NCBI GenBank assembly: GCA_030141605.1
Contig: JAQGDQ010000006.1
Location: 1,699,067-1,763,066 of the forward strand
Length of the DNA: 64,000 nt
Reading direction: 5' to 3'
From: Tubiluchus corallicola
Taxonomy: Eukaryota > Animalia > Priapulida
In this document: positions 52,346 through 64,000 of the stretch, piece by piece
How positions within the stretch are numbered: position 1 is the stretch's first letter
Layout: each line of letters begins with the position of its first letter
The notes under the pieces: model-generated
Database searches by the model: none
What the model was told of the DNA's origin: nothing
Seen by the model: the letters and a program-made list of their open reading frames with translations, nothing else
Made by a program: the position numbers and the translations under genes

Positions 52346-55300
52346 TGATTTACTGTTTCTGATCTGCTAGTTTATAAATTCAAAATGCATTTTACAATTA
52401 ATATCTGTTTTATTTTTATTTGTTGCAGAAACTTTCATTTCTGAGTTCCGTTTCACGTCATTCTGGTCACACTTAACAACACATGCACATTCACAATATT
52501 AATGAAATAAACAAAACAGATGTGGCATTCACTCGTGAAACATTACCAAGTATGGTCGAGCAGTGATGAAGCTACATCTGCCATCACGTACTGTGTTACT
52601 ATGATCTGTTTTTTGTCTCAGAAAAGCTATTGTTTTGCTACGTTATTACGTTATTAGTCAGTTGTTGTTTTTGAGTTTTCACTATTTGTACAGTGTTCAC
52701 AACACTATAGTTTTAACTTGTTGAATTTATTCATGTCCGTCATGCTGAATGCACAAGGCTTTTGATTCACATCATCAAACTAAAGCATTTTATGTATAAC
52801 TTGTTAACATCTAGTAATTTTTAGTTTATTTATTTATATTTGCGTGCAGCTACCTCATTATTTCGCACTTGTTTTGTAACACAGTTTGTGAGTGGCTGGT
52901 ATTGGGTGGCCCACTGGCCAATGGCCAGTCAGAAGTGCCTTTTCAGAATGTAGGCTGAATCAGCATTTCTGATTAATAGTTGTTAATAGCAACTGTCTTT
53001 AGTCAGTTAATTTTGACAGACATTACAAGAGTAGGTCACTTGTAAAATATTAGACAATTGAGCTGTGACATTGAATGTGATTGGTTGATTTTGTGATCTG
53101 GAAACTGTATGATCAGCCACTGAACTTCATTTGCTATTTCATCATTAGTTATTATTATAAGTATTCTTATTGTAATTTTTCACCTATTCGCATGTGTCAC
53201 CTTCCCCGTTCCCTTCAAAATGAGCTACTTCATTTCTTTCGACTGGCCAAGATGGAGCGTCTCATTTTGTCGAAGGGGTGTGACTGTTTTTTTATCATCA
53301 CTTGGGTATTTAACTTACTTATTAACTTATTCATGGAAAACTAAAACAGTATACAAGGAATATTTCCATGATATTGTTAATATTTCTTGCAAATGCATGC
53401 ATGTTAATAAAGCCTTTCAGTTTATTAAAGGATTCTTTGTGATACTGGTGTAAAATGTCAGTTGTCACGGACTTGAGTGAACAATATATATATGTCTGCG
53501 AAGGTGGGTAGCAAGTTATTTCGTAAGTTGCTTGAATATGGTGTTAAAGAACATTTCTATGAAAGTACGAATTACCATTACCATTGTAAATTTTCTAATT
53601 ATATTTATGAATATAATATATAATGTATAATTAATATATTAAAACTTCCACAATGCAAGGCGAAACTGTGCACAATATGCGTGCCAGGCTTTCTCGTTGC
53701 TACTAGCAATGTATGTGTGCCTCGTGTGGAAATCTTTTTATCATTTTTGGAATAATATATTATTGGTATTGAGAGGCCAGAGATCTATAAACTGAACTTG
53801 TTTAATATATAAATATAAATGGATTGTTCTCTTGTTTGCATTTCTATTTATTTCTCAAATTTTTGATGAACTTGTTTTCGATTCTGATTTTCGTTATAAA
53901 TTTTATAAATATTCTGGTCGTGTATGATGTCTTCTGTAAGAGAAGGTCTTGCAGGCTTGTTGCAGGAATTTAGCGAGTACACTCGAACGTTGCACTCACA
54001 CACTACACTCACAGTGCCGTTACCGTTTAGGTTTCTGTCTTCCATTGTGAGTATAGTGAAGTAACTAAGGCAACAGAATTTGTTTATTACATAATTTTTA
54101 ACCTATGCATTTTTTGGTGTGACGTGTATATGTGAATTAAATGTTCAGCATTTGAATTTTATACATGTTTTCCATCTGCTTTCAAGCTATTGTGTCATTG
54201 ATATTGCAGCTTGTTATTTGGAATTTGATATTTAAATACTAGTATTTAGTAGTAGTGTCATACATAGTGTTTTTCTTGCTAACTTCTTAAGTGCACAATA
54301 TATTGCCAGACTTCATCTTTAAATCGCAGATGAAAGCAGTAATTTCATGCCTGTGTATATACTTTGAATATTTTGATAAAAAGAAACAATTGGTGTACTA
54401 GCTTATTTTTAGCCAAACTTGTTCCGTTTATTCACACATTGTAAAATTTGTTGATTTATCATTACTTGCCTTTAATCTGCATTTCGTTGTGGTTACCTGT
54501 TTACTTTTATACTAAAGTTCGTTGTTACATATAAAGTTCCCACATGTAAGTGGGAATTGTACAGTTTATTAATTTACACATCAATTAGTGAAGCTGTCAA
54601 ACTTGCCCAGTCAAAATTAATCTTTACTATCAAATTTTGTATATAGTTGGTTCATGTCTGAGTTTGGTTAGTATCCCATTTGTGTGATTTTTTTTCGTTT
54701 TACGTAAACTTTACATTTCAAAAGACGTCATGTGTTCTGGCTATCCGCAGTGTAATAAATACAAGATTTTTTGCTTATTTTTTGCAATTTGAATGTTGAT
54801 AGAACTAAAGTACTCTTCAAAATTCGTAGATGCTATTCTTGTGTGAATTTTACCGCAGTTATTATAAGTGCTTCATAGTGTTTATCTTTCCATTTTGACA
54901 CTTTCTTATACTGTTCTTTTAATTAAATAAGTAATGTGGTTAATTAATCGCAAAAATCTCTCATTATCAAAAGCCTGATAACCTCAGCTGCCTAGATTTG
55001 AGATAGTTTATTCCAGATAGTTTAATCCTATATTCCAAAACAATATAAGATTAGTTTTTATTTGGCAAATCTGGAGTAAAGAGTAGTAGCTAAAGTTACT
55101 TAAGTAATATCTGTTCCATGTTTAGTTTTATGAAGCTCTTCCAGATTACTTTGCAATCATTTTTGCATGTCAGCTTGACTAGGTGCCTGTACAACTATGA
55201 TTTGCTGAATATCAATGGGTGTTGAGCCATATGCTGAATTAGTCTGTGAAATTGTAGAGTTAATATAAAAAAGCTGAAGTACACATGGTTGTCTTTTTAA

Positions 55301-56934
55301 AATGTTAAGATTTTTCTCCTACTTAACTTAAAATCTCTTCTTTGTCTAAATCTAAAACACACAACTTTAAAATGATGTCAGTAAATTGTAATTTTATGTG
55401 TTTGCTGTGTTGATACTGATAATAACAATTACACTGTATAAAACGTTTAGTGCATGCTGTTGTTTTATTCTTGTTTATTTAAACTTTAACTATATTTCTG
55501 TGTTACAATAAATGAACTCAAAACAGAAAATGCAATGCCTTATATGTTTAAAATTCCTGGCAAGAGCAAGGGGGTATTTTACAGTACAATTCTAATGTTG
55601 TATATGATAGATATCATGAAGCAACATATTTTTATCATAATAGCTTATTGCCACACACACTAACATTTCTGGAAGTCAGTGATCAAAAGTTATATTACTG
55701 CATACCTAATTGCTCAGTTTAACAATATTAAATTATAAATCTACTCGTATTTTGCTTAATAAAAACTTTAATTTGCAAACAATATGCAGCCAATAATATG
55801 CTAGAATCTGTTTTGTTTCTCGTGTCAAGTCAAACTCATGTACACAACCTTTTAAGATCACTCTCCACAGTAAGAACAGTGACACATGGGGACCTCGTGT
55901 TAAAATTAATGCTTTAGTATTTACAGTGAATTGCAGCTTTGTATTATGTATAACAAATAGATATCAGTTGTCAGAGTTTCACAATGTAGTGAAATGAAAA
56001 AGTGAACTCATACAGTATCATGCTGAGTGCATTTGATGCTGCTCATTGTCTAATAATCAAAATACGAGAAAAAATTCACTAATAATTCTTGTTGCTGGTG
56101 TTGATCAAATGCACTAATCTTGTAATCTGATGTGACTTATCAAATGCACTTTCATTGTTTCTTTCATACACGTTCCTTAATCATTGCCTTCTTTTTGGTT
56201 GTTAAATGTACGGTGTCATTTTGAGTAATTTATCTTACTTAGCTGTCCACATTGTTTTTCATTTGACAGGTAGTTTTGATTTTTGTTAAGCGGCCATGCA
56301 ATTTGTTTTTTTTACAGAAAAAGTGGCAATTTGTTAACATTCTACTTTATTTACTCTCATTTTATGTGTCTGTTTATGTGCGTAATGTATAGGTATTGTA
56401 AATTTTTTTCGTATTATGCTACTCTAATTTTTTTTCATTAAATTTCTATTTATGTGCAAGTTGCTGCAAATCTTTTAGGTGCTAATCGATGAAATAAAAG
56501 AAATGTTCACCTTCCATGCAAATAATTATATGTAAGTCTTAGTAAAATTAATAGTTGATCACTACAGCAATTTACCGTTAAAAATAATTAACAATGTTAA
56601 TACTCAATTAAAAATTATTCGCAAATGAGCATAACCATTAACCAAGCCTAGCCCTAAGTGTCCAACGTGAGACTCGTCGTAAATATTCCGTCAATGTGTT
56701 ACCAAGTGATTGGCTTTCCTGTTGAAGATATCCCGTAATGCTTATTGGGGAATCGCGACGTGACGTGCAGAAATTGCTGAAATTCTAAACAATATTTTAA
56801 AAACAGGCACATTTCCGCAGGATATTCATAAAGGAATACTTATCCCTTTACCCAAGCCAGGTAAGAAACGAGGTCCTATATAAAATCTTAGACCATTGAT
56901 GTTGCTTACACTACTATACTAAGGAAGATCTGTA

Positions 56935-57580
56935 CCGTTACCGTCGAAGGATAGAGGTTAAGCATACATAGCTTATAAACCTCTCCACTCTTCCTTGTTT
57001 ACTTTGTCAATATTAAGAATACATAATGGGTGGCGACACTACGATCACGAAGCGAAGCATAGGGTTTCTTGTTGCCATTGTGGCAACCTGGGGTCTATAT
57101 ATTTTTCAGCATTGTTTTTCCAAAATCTATGGAGACGAGACTTAAACTGGGCAGGATTGGGTGCTTGTATTACATGGTCAGGCAGCTTGTTCCACTCATT
57201 AATTACTCGCCTTGCGAATGTGAATCTTCTTCTGTTCCACCTTTTGGGAACTGTTCTCTTCTTGATTTTGTAGGAGTGACCTCTGGTACCATGATATGTC
57301 TGTCGGTGAAAAAATATTTCACTGTTGATGGTTTCTATGCCTTTAAGAATACGGAATGTTTGGATTAAATCTTGTCTTTTGCGTCTGTATTTCAGAGTTG
57401 TAAGGCCGAGAATCTTAAGTCTTGCAACATACGGTAAATGAGAAATGGCAGGTACAAGTCTAGTAGCTCGACGTTGTATACTTTCAATTTTTCTTATCAT
57501 GTCTTGACGATTTGGGCTCCAAATCACATCACCATAATCCAGAATAGGACGAACGATTGATTTATATAGTTTGGTCGCCA
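56935..57580 (-). mobile_element. 5'-truncated CR1/L2-like LINE 3' end inserted antisense into the RTE-like element
   Basis: Minus ORF LYKSIVRPILDY..VIWSP...IESIQRRATRL...RVINEWNKLP; flanked by direct repeat CTGTA (56930-56934, 57581-57585). Confidence 0.9.
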
Positions 57581-57735
57581 CTGTATGTTGACTAGGATCT
57601 ATGACAGGTTACACACTTACATTCCAACAAGCCAAGCAGCATATCAACCAGGACGGAATACTACTGAATTAGTACAAGCCTGTAAATTACTAGCCGGAAA
57701 AGCCATCTCTTCTGCTGATTACTCAATACATATTC

Positions 57736-58833
57736 ATGATCGATATGTCAAAGGCCTTTGATTGTGTGCGGAGAAAAACTCTGCTATGCTGCCTGGAAGA
57801 AATCCTTGAACCTGATGAAATATACATCATAAGTATAATGTTAGAAAATTTATTAATTCAAGTCAGGTGTGAAGGGAAATTGAGTCAGCCGTTTTCTACA
57901 GACAAAGGAGTACCTCAGGGTGACTGCCTAAGCCCTGTACTTTTCACTTTATATCTTGCCATAGCTCTCACTGAGGACAAAGTTATACCATTGAAAGACC
58001 TAGAAGATCACAACTACACAATTCTTGATCCTGAATTAATACCGAATGAAGTAAGACAAGAATGCAGTTACAGTTCTCTACAAAGTAAGTCAACTACTAT
58101 ATCTATGCAGTATGCTGATGATGTGGCATGGATTACAAGAAACAAAGAAGACGTAGATGAAATAAAAAACTCAATAGAGGAGAAACTGAACAGAATGGAT
58201 CTCATTGTAAACAAAAATAAAACTGAAGAGTTTCACATAACACGCCATGGTGATGAATCATGGCAAAGATGCAAGTATCTCGGTAGTCTGCTGACAACAG
58301 AAGACGACATATCAAGACGGAAGATAATGGCATTATCAGTTTACTCAAAACTTAAAAAAATTTCTTTGGAAACAAAAATTAGAATATTCTCAGCCTTAGT
58401 TGAAACTGTATTTCTATATAACTCTGAGCTCTGGACATTAAAAGCAAATCATAAAGCTGAAATCGATGCGTTTCAAAGGCGAAATTACAAAAACATGTTG
58501 GGTATTAGATGGCCAAAGAAAATTTCAAACAAAGATCTATATGAAACAATAAAAGAAGAACCTTGGACAAGAAAAATAAAAAGACGCCGTTTAAGATGGA
58601 TTGGGCATATGCTTAGACTACCTGATGATACTCCAGTGAAGATAGCTCTTCAACAAGCCATAGAACCAGCTAAAAAACCTGCAGGAGGACAAATGTTAAC
58701 ATATTTAGATTTTGCACAAAAAGATTTAAACACTTTAGCATTGATCCTTAGAAATAAATCTACTTGGGGCATTGCGGCGAGCAGGGAGTCCTGGCATAGG
58801 GAGGTGAACAGAATCATGTCACTGGATGTGTGA
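57736..58833 (+). CDS. Reverse transcriptase fragment of a non-LTR retrotransposon (RTE-like), 365 aa
   Basis: RT motifs DxSKAFD, GVPQGxxLSP, YADD, YLG. Confidence 0.85.
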   Translation: MIDMSKAFDCVRRKTLLCCLEEILEPDEIYIISIMLENLLIQVRCEGKLSQPFSTDKGVPQGDCLSPVLFTLYLAIALTEDKVIPLKDLEDHNYTILDPELIPNEVRQECSYSSLQSKSTTISMQYADDVAWITRNKEDVDEIKNSIEEKLNRMDLIVNKNKTEEFHITRHGDESWQRCKYLGSLLTTEDDISRRKIMALSVYSKLKKISLETKIRIFSALVETVFLYNSELWTLKANHKAEIDAFQRRNYKNMLGIRWPKKISNKDLYETIKEEPWTRKIKRRRLRWIGHMLRLPDDTPVKIALQQAIEPAKKPAGGQMLTYLDFAQKDLNTLALILRNKSTWGIAASRESWHREVNRIMSLDV

Positions 58834-58860
58834 TTCATTGGATCATGATGATGATGATGA

Positions 58861-59840
58861 CATAGAGGAATTACAAGATGCAGAATGTACGATCAGCTGC
58901 CGTTTAGAAAAATATAATCTTAAAGTCAGCAATAGAAAGACTGAAGAATACCATATTCGAAGAGGAGGTAATTATTCATGGAAATGATGTAAATACTTTG
59001 GTGGCTTGTTAGACACCGAAGCTGACATACAAAGAAGGAAATTTCTTACATTGTCTGATTATACAGATGTCAACGGTTTTTGAAAACAATAGACTGTCTC
59101 TTGAAACCAAAGCCCAGATCCTTTCATCTTAGTTGAATCTGTGTTTTTGTACAGTGTTGACCTATGGGCAATAAAATTTAAGTAACAGAAGGAAATTGGC
59201 ACTTTTCAAAGACATCTCTATAGAAATTACTCGCAATTAAATGGCCTGACTGAATATCTGCTTTACAGTCTTTTTTACAATGACATCAGGACCTAGAGTT
59301 CAACTCGTTAAGGTCCCTTCTCATATTCATTTTAAATTTATCGATAGCGTTTGATGATCAGTATAATGTGGTGAAGAAGAATCCTTGGAGTAAACAAATA
59401 CAAGTAAGAAGATTGCTTTGGTTTGGTGGCAGCAGTGCATAATGCGTGGCATCAACAAGTGAGATGGGCCGTGTTATTTTTAGAACATAGCAGCACAGAA
59501 ACGACGACGAACATATTTTAATATTCCTTGGTTCAAACGACTTTAGTCCAAAAGTCGAGCTCCGAACATCAAGATGGCTAGCATATGTTCTCTAATTACC
59601 AAGTAAAGCATAAGTAAGAATTGCCTTAAAGGAATCCTTAAAGAACCTTGCAAAAAACCATATGTCAAATGAAAAACAACGTGGACAGCTAAGTAAGATA
59701 AATAAAGATGTTCAATAACTTTAACCCATTTATCTTTAGGAGTAGAAGAACTTACCGCACTAGCTGCAGATAGGAGTAGATGGAATGCTCTAATGAATGG
59801 TAATGCCTCAATGTCTACAACAGATGGAAGAGACTTTGAA
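58861..59840 (+). mobile_element. Older, heavily decayed RTE-like LINE fragment
   Basis: Broken frames resemble the preceding RT (KTEEYHI, CKYFG, EEESLE, RRLLWFG, LRWLAY) with many stops and frameshifts. Confidence 0.7.
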
Positions 59841-61484
59841 GACCATCTTTTATTTTAGAATTCTGACTGCCTAGTGGGTCACTGATTCAAACCCAGGCTC
59901 AGTGTAGTCAAGTTTGATACCAAAATTCAGCAGTTGAGGTTTTATATAAACACATTTTATTTTTCATGACCTTTAGTATTAAAAAAAATCTGATTGATAA
60001 ACATTAGTAAGGAATTGTGCAGTTACTGTGTTTAGGTAAATACGAGGGTCAAGCACATATAAGCACATATTTAAAACAGTTTAAACAAGTGTCAGAAATA
60101 ATGCTTGGGCCTTTATTTGCTTTAATTGTCTTCGAACATTGAGAAACGTCCAGCTGAGATTTAGTAGCGCTTAAACTGTACAGACCGTGAAAAGAACCTA
60201 CCGATCATTAAACTAGATCAGTGTCGTAATAAACTTGAATAATTTCCATTGTCAAATCTGTGGTGAAATTACAATCAAGGTGAATAAGGTAAATAACAAG
60301 TATGATTGATCTGCTCTCATCTGACCTACTAATTCGCGTTAATTAAGCGGTTCTTTAACATAATTGTGCTACGTTATTAAATATGAGAGTCGTAATTAGG
60401 TTTAACGATAGGCTATTTGATTAATTCCGCCTTAGGAATGAGTAAGTACTATAATATAATGTTCACACATTTACATTCAGATATCCACATTTTAACAGCG
60501 ACAGTGCATCAACAACAATCTAGTGATACAAATGTTAAACTAAAACATTACTGAAAGTTTACGATTTTGTAGTTTTTATAAGTTTCTGTGCTATATATGC
60601 CCCCATCCCTCCCACTCCTAGCATTCATCAGACATTTCAACAGATAGTACATATACTTCATATACATCTTCGTCATTGATTGGGATTGTAACACTTCATT
60701 AATAAATATTTATGCTGGTTTTTCAAAATGTTTATTTGTAACATAGTATTTGTTCTTCATTTTTGTATAGTCATTGACATAAAACAGTGCAATAGCTTGT
60801 GCATATGAGCTAGTAGTGTAATCAGTGTCTGCCAAATTGAAGCCTGACTCAGACCTGAATAATAAAAGACTGTCGAAAGGTGTTTAGGACGATTGCCTTA
60901 TACAGAGGGAGAGGAAAGGGATTACAAAGTAGAGTACACAGATGTCCTGTTCTCATAAAGATCTGAATAATTAGTATGTAGAGTAACATTCGTTTCTGGC
61001 TATTGAAGTTTGCCTTTACAAATACGCTGTATCAGTTTGCTACACGACACAGATTACATGCTCACCCCAATGCTCAACTCAAACCAGCAGTATGCTAAGA
61101 ATCCAGAAGTACATGCCGCATACACGCCGTACATACATAACATACGTTCATAGATAGAATACATGTGCACATAGCTCCACAATTGATTACCTGCATATGT
61201 TATCACAAGTGGTATTTCCAGCGATTTAATTTGCTCATCATTATTTTTTGTCTGTTTATCATTACCATGCCCACTAGAACATAAATATAATTTACATTTT
61301 TAAGTATGTCAACTTTAGAAATGTCGTGATCCACATAACAGCACCTCTTTGAACTTTTGGAAGTTTAAAATTAGAACATTGCACTGAGTGCAGTCAGAGT
61401 GCAAAAATCAGGCTTAAGGCGTCTGAAATCATTAGGTGAAGTGTTAAATGTTTTAAGTTTTTTGGTAGATGTTTACGATCTAAC

Positions 61485-61839
61485 TGTTGTGGAGATCGCT
61501 GACGTCAAGTAGAATTGCACAGAACGTCGTAGAATGTTCTGTCGGGATGACCGCTTTAGCGTCTGGATTGTTCTCGAACATTTGTTCCAGAAGTTTCTGC
61601 AGTGCGCTATATAAGGCGAAGCAGGCTGCCGACAGGGGATCGCACGCAGATCTAACACGGACTTATACTTACGCATTTATACTTACTTAAACGTTTTCCA
61701 GATTTTCACGTTTATTGTAATCATTTCAACGTTCCTTCATCTTTTGTATAGTAGAATTCTCGCTAAATAAAGCAGTTTTATTTGACGGCGTGTTTTCTGG
61801 TTTTCTCTACGAGCCTTTCGAGAGAAACTAAACACAACA
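61485..61839 (+). mobile_element. Solo LTR (355 bp)
   Basis: TGTTGTG...CACAACA termini, perfect 5-bp TSD CTAAC (61480-61484, 61840-61844), TATATAA at 61608-61614, AATAAA at 61766-61771. Confidence 0.88.
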
Positions 61840-61934
61840 CTAACTTGTATATTAAGTAATACGATACAGACAACATACTAGATTAAAAATTTCTAGCTTC
61901 ATATTTGCATTTTGTTTCTACTCAACAGACCAAG

Positions 61935-62045
61935 ATGACAAGTTTAAATAAGGGATGCACGTTGCCTTTATATGTGGTGGATGCTTTCACAAGCCAGGCA
62001 TTTGCTGGAAATGCTACTGTTGTATGTCTAGTGTCACACAATCAG
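61935..62045 (+). CDS. PBLD: PhzF/PBLD-family (phenazine biosynthesis-like, DAP-epimerase fold) gene, first coding exon: MTSLNKGCTLPLYVVDAFTSQAFAGNATVVCLVSHNQ
   Basis: VDAFT...F.GN motif typical of the PhzF/PBLD N-terminus; an acceptor (caacag, ending 61928) precedes the ATG; donor CAG|gtaaat. Confidence 0.88.
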
Positions 62046-62840
62046 GTAAATTAATGATCTGTCATTAACAAACTTTTCGTCTTAATCTGTTGTCAGCTAT
62101 TTTTATTGCACTGTTCTTCACTGCAAATAACTTGTGATCCTATAGCACAAAATCAAAGTCAATGTATGTGGCTTAATCGCACTCTTATTTATGTAAAGAT
62201 ACGAGTTTTTAACTACTAACTGATAATGTTTCTTGTTATTTATTTATGCGATTAACTCAATTAATCTACTGTGTTACAATAAATAAATCATTATATTATA
62301 ATATTTAAATCACAGGCTTGCATAATAAAAATCACTGGTTTCCTTTTAGAAATATTGAAACAAATTTAACAAGTTAGATGAAAATAAAAGTGTCCATTTG
62401 GTCACAGCTGAAATCAATTTGTAATCAATTAAACTTATAACATCAGTCATAATAATGTCAGGATAATGGTGACTGTGCCTTTCAGTTATGTTTGTATTTG
62501 GATCTATTATAACAGTAGGTGTTTTTCATAAAGCGTTAGTATAATTTTAAGTGAGAATTACAATGAGTATCAATGCAGAAAATGCATTTTGTTGTTGTTG
62601 TTGTTTCCGTCTCTACTGAGGCTTTGTAGTTTCTTTTTGCAATTAGAATAGATATTCTGTGTATTATTTGAACTGTACAAAACAGCAGATATGTTATATG
62701 TTCAAAATGTATCCCAAACTGCCCAAAAGCTGTGTTGTTTTTATTAGTTGAATTGTGGTGTAATCTGCATTTCTTGGGTTATATTATTAAATGGCTGTAG
62801 ACATTGTGATGTATATAGTCCTTCGGTTATTCTATTTTAG

Positions 62841-63039
62841 GTAATCGACGATGCAAAAATGCAAAAAATTGCTTTCGAAATGAACTTGCCGATAACCGGT
62901 TTCATTGCACTGCCAACAGAAAACGATTCGTTCAAGAATTCTTCCCGTTTTGGTCTACGATGGTTTACCCCTGCCTGCGAATTCCAACTGTGCGGTCATT
63001 CCACTCTTGCTGCTGCCACGGTGCTTTTCTCTTGTGTTG
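62841..63039 (+). CDS. PBLD: PhzF/PBLD-family gene, second coding exon: VIDDAKMQKIAFEMNLPITGFIALPTENDSFKNSSRFGLRWFTPACEFQLCGHSTLAAATVLFSCV; gene continues beyond the window
   Basis: MQKIA.EMNL, LRWFTP..E..LCGH.TLA motifs; acceptor ctattttag, donor G|gtaaat; in phase with the previous exon. Confidence 0.9.
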
Positions 63040-63077
63040 GTAAATTTGCTAAGCAGGACAGAAATGTAAATCTAGAA

Positions 63078-63265
63078 GCTGAAGCTGAGTCAGTTGCTAC
63101 TAAATCAGCTGAGTCACACAGTAAATCAGCTAGCTCGGCTGAAACTGAGTCAGTTGCTACTAAATCAGCTGACACTCACAGTAAATCAGCTAACTCGGCT
63201 GAAACTGAGTCAGTTGCTACTAAATCATCTGACACTCACATAGTAAATCAGCTAGCTCGGCTGAA
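63078..63265. repeat. 60-bp tandem repeat, about 3 copies, in the PBLD intron
   Basis: GAA(G/A)CTGAGTCAGTTGCTACTAAATCA.CTGA...CACAGTAAATCAGCTA.CTCGGCT at 63081, 63141 and 63201. Confidence 0.9.
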
Positions 63266-63918
63266 GTAATTTTAATGTTGTAATTGTAATTTTAAACAAA
63301 CAAGCATACAAAAACATACGTAAACTTGATAAAATCCTAAACAAAAAAATCTTTGCTTACGAATAGCCTAAATTGCTGCAGTTCAAGAATATGCCGGTAC
63401 ATGGTTTTTAAGAACGTGACAACTGACAACTGTGTGAGTGACAGTACTTTCTCTACCTTACTGCAGATGCTAGCAGTGCAGCACCATCATGTGCTCTGGT
63501 TCCGTACAAGTATAAAGAAAGAACTAAAGAAAAAAGACTTATTGTATTGAATATTATCGATAATATTGAGTGAAAATAGGGGGCGCTGCAGTTCTGATAC
63601 TTATACACAACCGCCACTGTGCTGCATAAACACTAGGCCAAGTTGACCAAAACCTAAATTTTCCTAAGTGAACTTGGTTCAGGAATTGACACTTATGATT
63701 ACTCCTTCAGTGGCTTACTTACTGGAGTTCACCATTACGAATGACAGATTGTGATTCTTATGTCCTGCAGCAACAATTTAGTGTTAGTTTGAATAGTTCT
63801 ATTTGTGAACTGGTTTAAGTGATTCGACAGCACGCCCCTTTATATGCCATATATCTCTCATAATTTATGTACTCGCGATGTTAAAAAAATCTCCTGGCTT
63901 ATAATCTGGCAACTCTAG
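63266..63918 (+). mobile_element. Second copy of the 48325-48804 composite transposon segment
   Basis: Near-identical to 48325-48690 and 48690-48804, with about 180 extra bp at about 63623-63805; ends in ATCTGGCAACTCTAG. Confidence 0.88.
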
Positions 63919-64000
63919 CAATGGATTTATTGAAAATATAATTTAAATCCAACCCTTGGCAAGGCTTATCTGGATTACCAACAAATCAATACTAAACACC

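Larger units (their letters stand above)
56640..58860 (+). mobile_element. 5'-truncated RTE-like LINE (reverse transcriptase), interrupted by a CR1/L2-like insertion
   Basis: GILIPLPKPGK..NLRP motif at about 56830-56895; QAAYQPGR at about 57630; ORF 57736-58833 with DMSKAFD, GVPQGDCLSP, QYADD, KYLGS, LRWIGH; (GAT)n tail at 58841-58860. It has an internal stop and frameshifts; the 5' boundary is approximate. Confidence 0.9.

Noticed and set aside
63040-63269. Repetitive S/A/E/T-rich extension of ORF 62859-63269, and a CRISPR-like look of the 60-bp repeats
   Set aside because: Homology stops at the donor G|gtaaat (63039/63040). The extension is an intronic 60-bp tandem repeat with no unique spacers, in a eukaryotic context with no cas genes.

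Overview
AT-rich, intron-rich animal genomic DNA, not prokaryotic. It is probably an invertebrate; protostome-type calcineurin residues suggest a lophotrochozoan, which is an inference. Most of the window is a + strand calcineurin A (PP2B catalytic subunit, PPP3C family) gene. I traced coding exons from 12693 to the TAA stop at 52080-52082 with GT-AG boundaries and consistent phases; exon numbers follow the vertebrate gene, and a conserved exon 1 was not found. The main result is in the regulatory region. There are two homologous calmodulin-binding-domain exons (46227-46326 and 49057-49144) whose phases prevent co-inclusion, a candidate alternative terminal exon at 46619, and candidate microexons (9 nt at 50371-50379, 3 nt at 43705-43707). 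Downstream lie nested LINEs (an RTE-like element interrupted by a CR1/L2-like fragment), a solo LTR with a 5-bp TSD, and the first two coding exons of a PhzF/PBLD-family gene lacking the usual catalytic Glu. Introns carry many MITEs, a Helentron-like element, a tRNA-derived SINE, and mini- and microsatellites. All splicing claims come from sequence only and need RNA evidence.
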